Source: Marsupella aquatica (lineage: Eukaryota > Plantae > Marchantiophyta). Taken from it: a stretch of 64,000 bases of DNA. The stretch covers positions 17,156,058-17,220,057 of the forward strand of contig OZ316897.1 of assembly GCA_973895155.1 (NCBI GenBank), read 5' to 3'. The position numbers and the translations under genes are program-made. The notes under the pieces are model-generated. The model saw only the letters and a program-made list of their open reading frames with translations, was not told the DNA's origin and searched no databases. This document shows positions 28,369 through 37,908 of the stretch, piece by piece; position 1 is the first letter of the stretch, and every line of letters starts with the position of its first letter.

Positions 28369-28660
28369 ATTCACAACGAGAGGCAAGATCGAGGCACATT
28401 AATGCCTCGATCGTACTAATCAGGGCAGCAAGGGGCTGTGGGGCAGCTTAGAGGATTTTTGGGCAGGTTTGGGTGACACGTCGCCTGCCCGAAACTTTCC
28501 CGACGCAGGACTGGCCTTAAGGAAACCAGGGACACCTTCACTGCAAATAGCCCTGTCCCTTCCTTTGTTCCCGTCGACCCTCGCCCGTCGCATGGCGCCC
28601 TCCGACCCTCGCCCGTCGCCCATCGCGGCATCCCGTCAGTTGCCCATCCCGTCACTGTAT
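28369..28660 (+). repeat. Left terminal inverted repeat of the MULE
   Basis: ATTCACAACGAGAGGCAAGATCGAGGCAC...GTCACTGTAT is the reverse complement of 37617-37908. Confidence 0.97.
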
Positions 28661-28982
28661 TACGCTGTTGCCTGTCACCGTATTGTAACGACTCCAAAAA
28701 TGTACGCTTGTCTGTTTAGTGAAATTGCCTCCCTCCCCCAAAGGGTATCTACTACACACGAAGTTTGGTTTCGGGCCGTCTCATTTGCTTTCACGGACTT
28801 TGTTAGTGTTCACACAGGGGTCGAAGATCGACGATTGTTTGCAGGTCAGTTTTTGGTGTGCACAATGTGACAAGATTTTAGTTCAAAAATGCTAGTAGGA
28901 CCGACGTCGGTGGAGTGGCCAGGGTGAAGGTTCAATCTCAGGCAAGTTTTTTCACTTATATCAGTTTACTTGTGGGTCAGGA

Positions 28983-29891
28983 ATGGCCTCCTTGAGCGAT
29001 GTGCATCGTGCTGCAATCGAGAACGATACCCGAATTGTGGGTCCAATGCATGCTCGAATCCTGAATTTTGTAGCGAGAAATCCTTTCCCAAGGAAATTCA
29101 CGTATCGTGGGTGCATTGAAAGGACGAGATTGGGATTGTGTAAGGTTTCGATTGAAGGGCCGAATCACAAGCGCTGTCTCCACGACTCCTTTGAGAATGG
29201 TAACTACTCTGACATGTTTCGGTTTGAAGTCATTTTGTTAGATGACAGTTTACAGACTACCTATGGGCAACCTGCACTAGTCGCTGCAATTTGGGATGCA
29301 GCGACTACGCTGCTGCACATATCTGCAAGTGCATTGGCCGCTATGGACGAACATGATCAATTTTAGCTTGTGCACAACGCTACAAAGGATCTACCTCTCT
29401 GCAATGTCACATTTAGGGTGCAACGGGGGGCAATTCACCTCCAAGAGTTGGACATCATTTCCGACAGCAGCATATTGCAGTTGAGTCGTACTTGGCAGCC
29501 TTCGCTCACGCCAAGGCGAGGTGTCCACGGGAGCCCTTCTGCAAGGGTGCCTACTCTCGTTTCAGTCCCACTTGTTGTGAATACCACTCCACGAAGGATG
29601 GCTGTGAAATCAGTACCTATCACTCCGCCGTCGTCGCTTCTTGTTCATACCACTCCATCAAGGATGGCTACGAAATCAGTACCTATCACTTCGTCATTGT
29701 CAAGTTCCAAGCGCTCATCGCAATACAATGCAAGCACGTCAACAGCATTCACTTCCGAAGCAGTTAGTGCTGTAGAAGATGATTCTGGAAGTTCAAATTT
29801 AGAAGACAGCGGCATTGTGTCTGTTGTAAAGAGGCTAGCAAATGCCTTCAGTGCATCTCTAGACATGTACTCTTCTCGACACAGCGCATAA
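28983..29891 (+). pseudogene. Transposon accessory ORF A: RPA70 C-terminal (DBD-C)-like OB fold with zinc ribbon plus Ser/Thr/Pro-rich tail, interrupted by one in-frame TAG (29364-29366)
   Basis: ORFs 28983-29366 and 29370-29891 share a frame. FTYRGC-x8-CKVSI-x7-CLH...MFRFEVILLD...AAIWDAATTLLHISASAL resembles by eye the RPA1 DBD-C pattern (WYxAC..CxKKV..RCxxC..YRY.LxxxxxD..T.FDxxAxxxxGxSAxEL). Confidence 0.6.
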
Positions 29892-30222
29892 TAGTTCATT
29901 CATGGACATTTCTAGGGACATGGCAATTTTGTGTTGTCTTCTATCTTAGCTTACACATTTTTCCCACAATGTAAGCAAGGCCGTTGTTCATGCGAGCAGA
30001 TGATATCGAGATAACTTTTGGTTTCATTGTCTCCGTGTCCACAATGAATATTGTCATTTCTGTGTATTGTTTTTTTCCCGTGCTAGGTAGTTTCATTTAC
30101 AAATACATGTGTTGTCGTCTTTGGTTGAGAATGAGGATATTGGTATCTTTTACTACACTGACAGATGTCGGTTGACTTGCAGGAGGAAGTACTTTTTCCA
30201 TTAGCCATTTCCGTGAAATCAT

Positions 30223-32401
30223 ATGGCTAGAACAAAAAAGCAGGTACTAACCCAAATTAGGGTAATGCCCTCGCTTATTTGCATTATGCTATGTTTTTTA
30301 TACGTTGTCTCCCTCTTTTACAGTAGTGACTGTAGTATTGGTCGACCTTTGTCATGTGGTGTCGTGTGCTGCAGCTTCAAGTCTCTCGACCAAGACTTTT
30401 AAAGGGGTACAACACTGCTGTGCAACCGCATAGTGATGATAGTGGAGGGGAGCCCAAAACGCTTTTGAGTGGCCGTATATTGCGCCAAAAGAAACCGGGA
30501 CTCTCGCTAAAGGAGCCCGAAACCGAAACAGAGTCAGATGAATACGACAAGGCGCCAAGACAACGATCAGGGCAGCTGCAGGTCACTTCATCGCCTGTGA
30601 GGTCCCCTGTGAGGTCCGCGACTACTTTTGGCAAACCGAGGCGGGTTACTCGACACACAATGTCAAAAGATGCTCATCATCAGAAACGTTTGAATTCAAA
30701 CCACGAAACTGCGCAGAGTAAGAAGGTGGTGAGGGACAAGTATGCAAACAAGTCAAGTGTCGTAGATGTAATTACTTCTGCAAGTGAGGGTTCTGAAGAC
30801 CTTAGTTCTGCTACTGATCAATCAGAAGAAGGGTTTGACACCGATTCTCAAGACGGTGTACCCAAAAAACAAACAACCTTCAAGTTCGACGCACAGAAGG
30901 TGAATCCCGAACACACACTCGACATTGCGCATTTTTGTTTTCAACTGTTAAGTACAAATTATGTGTTACGCACTTCATGATTTTTTGACACTTCTAACTC
31001 ATTGCAGGCACAAAGGAACAAGTCAAAGCATGGCACTGCAACAGAGGGAGACCATTACACATTGTATGCCAATGCAGTGGTTTGCAAGGTTCCACCTTGC
31101 AAAAACCGAGTCTTCAAAACTGAGAGAACTTTTGGTAACCATGTCTTCAAAAAGCATGGTCTTATATCCACTGGCACGTCTGTATCCCTGTATGCCCTGG
31201 ATAGCGATGATGAGCAGAGACGGCACCTGTATAATGCACGGAGGAGGAAGCAGCCAGGTGCAATTGTCTGCACCTCTTATTATGATGCTAGAGGTTCAAT
31301 GCGAGCTCGATGGAGGCAAGCCAAGTACAGAATGAGGTAAATTCTTGCACATAGGTGATACAAATACGCGCATTAATGATTCATTATGTTTGTGTATTCA
31401 TATGCCAACGTGTGGCTCATGCAGGGCAAATATATTCAAAAGGTGGGTGACAAAATTTGAAGACAATCGATTCTCACATCCCCGCCCAATTGTGGGAGAA
31501 GAAGCCCTGTTGATTATTGTACTGAAATATGTGATGCCCAGTCTTGGGTATCATCCATGGAACAGCCTATTGAAGACCACAGAGTTCAACAAAGTGGTAG
31601 ATCTCATTTCTCTCTGCCCGACTACTGCTTCTGTTGGTACGTGGACTGACACATTGTCCAAGGAAGTAGAAGCCGACTGTCATTCACATTTGAGTGTGAA
31701 TGACCTCCAGGCAATGAAATCGGCCACTGCTGTGCTTGGCACAATCTTCAAAAGTGCAGTCAGTCCGAGTGATAGTGAACAGCTTAGGCATGCATTGCTA
31801 GCCCATAGACAAAATATTTGTGAAGAAGCAATTGCATGGCTTCAAACGAAAAAACACGCCATTCTCTGGGAGAACAACCACGGATGGAGCACATACGAGA
31901 AGAAGGCAGAGGAGGAGTACCAGGCTTGGAAGGTTAAAGCCAAACCAAACAGTTGTGCGACTACTCTACCTAATCTTGTGCAGGCATATAAGGCATTCAG
32001 CGGTTGCAGTGACGCAGAGGCCAAACGACAGGTGAAAAGATCATCATTTGTTCTAGGGTTCTACATTTGTGTTCTTGGCTTTGTCACTTTCTAGTGCTAA
32101 ACTGAATTGCATCTCATTCCAGGCCGCAACAGATAGTGTTTGGATTGACACTTCAGATGATGGTGCACCGCCCAAGGAGAGGAGAGCAAAACCAGTGGCA
32201 AGGAAAAGGAAATTCACTCCAGTCACCAAACTCGTGTCCAGGAAGAAAAAATTGGAACAACATGAACCGACTAATGGCACACCCACCAGTCGCGGGCCTT
32301 TATCGCTTACAGGTGATTTCAACCTTCAACTCGGACTTGCTGGTGGTCCAAACGGGGATCGACCGGGAAAGAAACAAGTCCCCTCTATAGCTAATGTATG
32401 A
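30223..32401 (+). CDS. Transposon accessory gene B (~586 aa): MARTKKQ N-terminus, disordered basic/acidic region, C2H2 zinc finger, helical domain, NLS-rich tail; exons 30223-30243, 30375-30899, 31008-31336, 31425-32031, 32123-32401
   Basis: Four GT-AG introns (donors CAG|GTACTA, AAG|GTGAAT, GAG|GTAAAT, CAG|GTGAAA; acceptors TGCAG or TCCAG) link the ORF-track fragments in one continuous frame. Zinc finger CKVPPCKNRVFKTERTFGNHVFKKH; basic clusters ARKRK and RKKK. The first microexon and the 3' end are the least certain parts. Confidence 0.7.
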
Positions 32402-33570
32402 GTCTTTTGGGAGGAGTTTACAGGACATCAATCGATGACTAGATAGGTATATTGCCAACCAGCCAACAATCTTGGAAAAAAATATGGATGACCTTGGCAA
32501 ACGGATAGCATCAGTTGCTGATCGGATCAATCGTCTTTGAGTGTCATCGGATCAATCTTTGGAGAATTTAAATGTTACGACTCATGTGTGCAGTCTAGGA
32601 GTGACTTATGTAAGTGGTGTGACATTGTATCACGTCCAAAATGGAAATCCAGTGTATTGAGTGCAAGAATGGAATATGTTCACCACTGTTGACTATGGAA
32701 TACATAAAGCCTAATTTTTCTCAATCGTCCGTGTTATTGTCCATGTTATGAATTCGAGTGCCGCGCAGTGCACTTTAGTTTCAGGTTGATGCTCATGTTT
32801 TCACTCTAAAATCAATGCATGCGAAATGCACACTGTTACTCAATGTAGGGATGGTAATTGCGCAGTATTGAATGTTGTGTACTACAAGAATGCAATCTGA
32901 GATGACATTCCGGATGGTTTGCTCACAAACAACAATACATGAGTGTTTTCTCCAATCTCTGCATGGTCGATCATTTTGTCAAAGTTGCGACATCCAACAC
33001 GGTGCAAAATTTTGCATTACATTCTCGTGCTTGAATTAAGCACGGTCTCCAGGAAGTCACTTGTAAACTCTGACATGTTTTATTGACAAACTCTAATCTG
33101 CTATACACACAACATTAGCGTCATGTAATGAAGTGGGGGCCGCACTACTGTCCCAAGTTGCCCCAACTGAGAAAGCATGTAGTAAGTCAGAGAAGCTGGG
33201 CGACATAGCCCATGTTTGACTAGATCCTATGTGAATGTTCCCAATCACTTGCGATTGGGATGGAGTTAAAGCTTCACTCAAAATTGCCGATTGTGAACAT
33301 CCTTCCTTTACAGCCTGTAGCGGATATGGTGGAGAAGCACGAGTCTTCCTCGGCCGAGTTGCTTTACTTGACTTCACATTAGCGTTGGAGGTAGCAACGT
33401 CCTTTGACAACGCTTTATCGGCTTTCTTTGATCTCGTCATCTTTTTAGCCGGTGCTTCACACCCTGCATCCGACATGATGCCATTCTCAACAATGAACAA
33501 GCGAATTTTCTACAAAAGAAGGGGAATATGGTCATAAATTTTGTGGCATACAAGGCGATGTAAATGGATT

Positions 33571-36500
33571 TCAATGTGTAGTGAACGCATCCCCTAAAGT
33601 CTTACCTTTTGTGAAAGCGTCCGTTGTTACTGCATTTAGCAAGTCTTGCAGTGCGTCGACTGCCATCTTGTCAAATTTTCCTTGAAATGAAAGTGATGTC
33701 TCCTTCTTCTTAATGTGTAATTTCTCTGGGGCACTCGTCATGAACATTAAGCTCTTGGCTTTGTCACTCTCGTCCTTCCCTTTCCTCTTTCGTCTGCCCT
33801 TGTAGAGTTTGTCTACCCATCCTCGTTTGGCCACTGTTGTGATGTTCGACTCTTCATTTGGAACCATAGTCTCCAACCTTGTCGAATCATGACATTCTAG
33901 TTCTAGCCTAGTCACGTTCTGTTGAGCCTCCCTGGTTTGCAGCGATTCACACCACGCCTTCAATTCCTTTAGAGCTTGTACTGCTAGAGATGGTATGTAG
34001 GAAACGGTGTCATAAGCCTTTTTTAGAATGGATTGGAACTCATCCAATGGAGGGGACATAAGAACCGCGTCAGGTTGGGCTGGTTCATCATCCCAGAACT
34101 CCTCATCATCATAGTGCAGAGTAACATCCGCAACTTCGGTCATGAATTCCAGTTCCCCGTTTTGGACCTTCAAGTGCACATCAAGCCCTCCGCAGAAGGT
34201 GCCCATCTTGGAACCAAGTTGTGTAAGGAGATCCAGGTCTGTTATTGTTTTCGTCATCAGCAGGACCTTGATCTACAAAACAAGGTTGACAATGGTTAGC
34301 CAGGGTGTCTCCGTAAAGTAAAGCACCATTTCCCTGAAGATAATTAGGCATGAATTGAAGCTTAGTTGATCATACCTGATGCTTGCAAGCATTTCCTTTG
34401 ATTGAATACCCGCAAGTGCAAGAGCAGGCATCATTATTCCAATGAGTAACAAGGTGCTCCTTCACGGAGGTATATTTCTCTGACATGCTTCTCACTGAGG
34501 CACACTTAGTTGACCCGCATTCAATGAGTGTGACGAAATGATCGGGGATTAGTTTGGCTCGATTCATGCATTTGTGGATGTGTTGTTCCACTGTACGATT
34601 CCTTAGCCTGCCTTGGAACTTATTAGCATACATGCACCAATAATGATTCTCAATGAGTTCGAGCCTCTCAATTAGCCATGGAATTGATCTGCCACTGACA
34701 CTACTCTTGTCTGCCTTCAATTCTACCTTGAGGGTGTGGTGCCACCGTTCAATTCCGCCATTTGTGTTCTGATTTGCATGCCTGTATAACCTTAAGTTTA
34801 CAGCCCAACGTGTGATTTTTCCGTGCCATTCTCTTTTGTAGTAGGCTACAAAAGCTGGTTGCGTTTCCTTCCATCTCTCAATGAATGCTTCAGACTCTGC
34901 TCCTACATCTGCATCAAACCAAGCCACATGAGTAATTTAAATTTGTTGATGAGAACAATGTAAGCACAACAGACTTAGGCATATGGTTTTACGAGCTAAC
35001 CAGATCCATCAGAGTACATTAACGCCCCAAGGTCTGCGTTAATCTGTGCTTTTGCAAACGGGCAAAACACCTTCCAGATAATGTTTTTGTCCAAGCCCTC
35101 CTGACGTGCCAGCTACAAAATGTGATCGGCACACCTGGGAAGACATTGCTGTGAAATGCAACACTGACATGTGAGGGAGAGAAGCACAATTAACACTGTT
35201 CATTGTCAGGTCTTATTCGTTCCTATGGGGCCTTGGCTCGCATAAGTAAGTAGCCAGCAAGGTTGGCTACCTTGACCAATAAAATAAAACTTGGACATGG
35301 CTTACGCATTATAAGTTGTAGCATGAATTCATGAGTAAACGATGATGGCATTTGCCCCGGGCATTGCTTGCATTTACCTGATTGCAATTTGCTCTTCATC
35401 TGCAACATCGATAATCCAACAATTTGGCTTCCATGGGCCAAGTTGTCCCATTTCCTTTCTCTTATTGTCTGCCGCCTCTTTCAGTGCTAATAAAACATTT
35501 GTGACTTGCACCGCTTTATACCTTTGAAGGACAGCGAAAGCGACAGGGATGGCATTCTGAAATTTGTCAAATACGACAACAGTGTAGAATGGAAACTGCG
35601 CACAAAGAATAATTACACGACATCAGGATTGTCGTGTGCATTGCAATGACAAATTAAGTGAGGGCAAGTAAAGGTATATTACAACTTTCAATCCATACAT
35701 ACCCCGCAGTGGTTTGTGCCGAATGTGGCATCGAACCCCAGTGCACTGTCATGTCCTAGCACTGCCAGTTTCTTCTTTTGCCAATCAGTCGACCAGGCTA
35801 AGATGAATGGCTGGTCCTGAGCTTTTAATTGCGGTTGGTAAAGGAGGACATCAGACTCATTTTGAGTGACCCAGTTTTGAACGCCAGCTGCATCATCAGT
35901 AGTGTAAAATGGTTGTCTCCAATGCTCTCTTACTGTCCAAACGTCTTTCGGTGTTAGCTGCATGTCCCTACTAAACATTACATGAGCATCCTCATCTGGG
36001 TGTTCTTTTCGCCATTTCAAAGCTACCTCGTCGAAGTGGGCCCTGATTATAGCCTTCGTTGACATGCCAGCTCTCAAATAGCGTTCTAATTTAGCCCTGA
36101 GTTTCAACAAAATACGTGGAGCTATGTGACAATTGGATGCATATGCAGATGTGTCCTGTAAGCCATGGCATATTTGCCCTTGTTTGTCGTGATGTTCCCT
36201 ATGTAACCAACGTACGAGGACCACATCCTTACGCTGTACAAAGTGAGTTGCAGTAAAGCTGCACCTGCAGCCTCGCCTGATTGAGTGGCCTGATAGCATT
36301 ACATATGGATGGTTAGCAATCATTGTGTCAGTTGAGATTCGGTCCTATCAAAGTTGCCAGGCATATCAGTTTTAGAACATAATGAGTACTGTTCAGTCAG
36401 ACCGCACACTTATATGGAATATGGCAAAGACATTGCCTGCCACGGGGCCTGCCACAACACACGCTTTCAATAGGTTATTGCAAAGACACTAATGTTTGAT

Positions 36501-37328
36501 ACTTTGATTCAAGTCGTGCTCCTCCCTGCAAAGGCCAATGTCAGAAATGAACAGATCGTTCGTTTGCATGGGAATAGTGTTTATACCTATAATGGTTTTC
36601 TTCTTCAGGTACACGCCTCCTTCTTTTGACGACAACTTTTGTGGAACCTTGTTGCCCATCACATTCTTCCATTGGCGCTTGTCTTCAGGGCCAAAGCAGC
36701 AGTTATACCAAATGACCGTTTTCTCAAGCGGCCCGGATCCATTAATCTTATGCTCCGCAGATCTTCTAATGGAGAATTGAGTGTGAAAGTTTTCCCTCAT
36801 GTTTTCTCCCCAGATGAAATCATTCAAGCAATGTTTAGGAATCCAAGCATAGTCGGCCCTAGTCCCAAACCATTGTAATACGCTTGCATCAAATTCGCCA
36901 GGGGGAGGGTCACATTTAAATTTGTCATGATAGCATTTCTTAAGGTCGGGTGTTGGGCGATTAGGAGGATTCCATGAGTCTTTGAAGACATCATCATGCT
37001 TGCCATCGTCCTGCTTCGCATTGTCATGCTTGCCGTCATCGTGCTTTGCATCACTGTGCTTCACATCGACATCATCCTGGTCGACATCCTCTTCCACTTG
37101 CATTGCACGGAAATTACCCTGTAAGCTACCCGACCCATCAATAAGCCCGTTGTTATTCACTACCTGTGAATCCTCAATGCTGCACTCGCGGTCTTTGAAA
37201 CACCCCACTGATCCAATTTTAAACGCCTGCATCCTGTCTTGCAAAAGTCCAATGGAGTTCGGACTTGATAATGTGAATACTCCACTCTGGAATGCAGCGA
37301 ACTTTGACCTCAAAGAGTTTAAATCCAT
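33571..37328 (-). CDS. MULE (MuDR-like) DDE transposase with SWIM zinc finger; exons 37328-36587, 36289-35703, 35595-35378, 35148-35001, 34908-34376, 34272-33571 (possible extra 3' exon 33500-33093); one apparent 1-nt frameshift at ~35086
   Basis: N-terminal zinc-finger-like RGCRCSF...HREHHDKQGQICHG; catalytic D in LGFDATFGTN; FPFYTVVVFD...IPVAFA; second D in WIIDVADEE; CSWH (CxxH); E in NTNGGIERWH; SWIM CSCTCGYSIKGNACKH. Exon phases balance only if one A is restored in the run at 35084-35088 (about 976 aa). Confidence 0.92.
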
Positions 37329-37616
37329 TCATGCATGTCGTTGAGGCCCAACCTCGTAATGGGATTTGGACAATGCTGTAAGCACACTTCCTGAATTGTC
37401 CCTGCAATCCATTGCCAAAATTGTCGTGCACCGCAAAACATTGCCAATGCAACTGACAGGAACTCAACAAGAGCCATTCTTTCCATGGATTGTCCATTGC
37501 GCCTTTGCCACCAAATTTTGAAAGCGTAAAATTTTGAAAGCGTAGTTACGAATTCAAAAATGGTTCTCGACTCAGTTCAGAACGCCTGTAGAGTACACGG
37601 CACATTCTTACTCGGG

Positions 37617-37908
37617 ATACAATGACGGGATGGGCAACTGACGGGAGGCCGCGACGGGCGACGGGTGAGGGTCGGCGGGCGCCATGCGATGGGCGAGGGT
37701 CGACGGGAACAAAGGAAGGGACAGGGCTGTTTGCGGTGAAGGTGTCCCTGGTTTCCTTAAGGCCAGTCCTGCGTCGGGAAAGTTTCGGGCAGGCGACGTG
37801 TCACCCAAACCTGCCCAAAAATCCTCTAAGCTGCCCCACAGCCCCTTGCTGCCCTGATTAGTACGATCGAGGCATTAATGTGCCTCGATCTTGCCTCTCG
37901 TTGTGAAT
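37617..37908 (-). repeat. Right terminal inverted repeat of the MULE
   Basis: Reverse complement of 28369-28660, followed immediately by the TSD GAAAATAT. Confidence 0.97.

Larger units (their letters stand above)
28369..37908. mobile_element. Full-length Mutator-like element (MULE), 9540 bp, with 292-bp TIRs, 8-bp TSD GAAAATAT and three genes
   Basis: Left TIR 28369-28660 and right TIR 37617-37908 are reverse complements: the outer ~173 bp are identical and I count 8 mismatches in the inner part. GAAAATAT lies at 28361-28368 and 37909-37916. A MULE DDE + SWIM transposase lies inside. Confidence 0.95.

Noticed and set aside
28416-28870. ORFs at 28416-28870 and their twins at 37608-37861
   Set aside because: They are translations of the GC-rich TIRs; the duplicated peptides simply reflect the inverted repeat.
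28369-37908. hAT element, suggested by the 8-bp TSD
   Set aside because: The TIRs are 292 bp and the transposase has MULE motifs plus SWIM, with no BED finger or hAT dimerisation motif.
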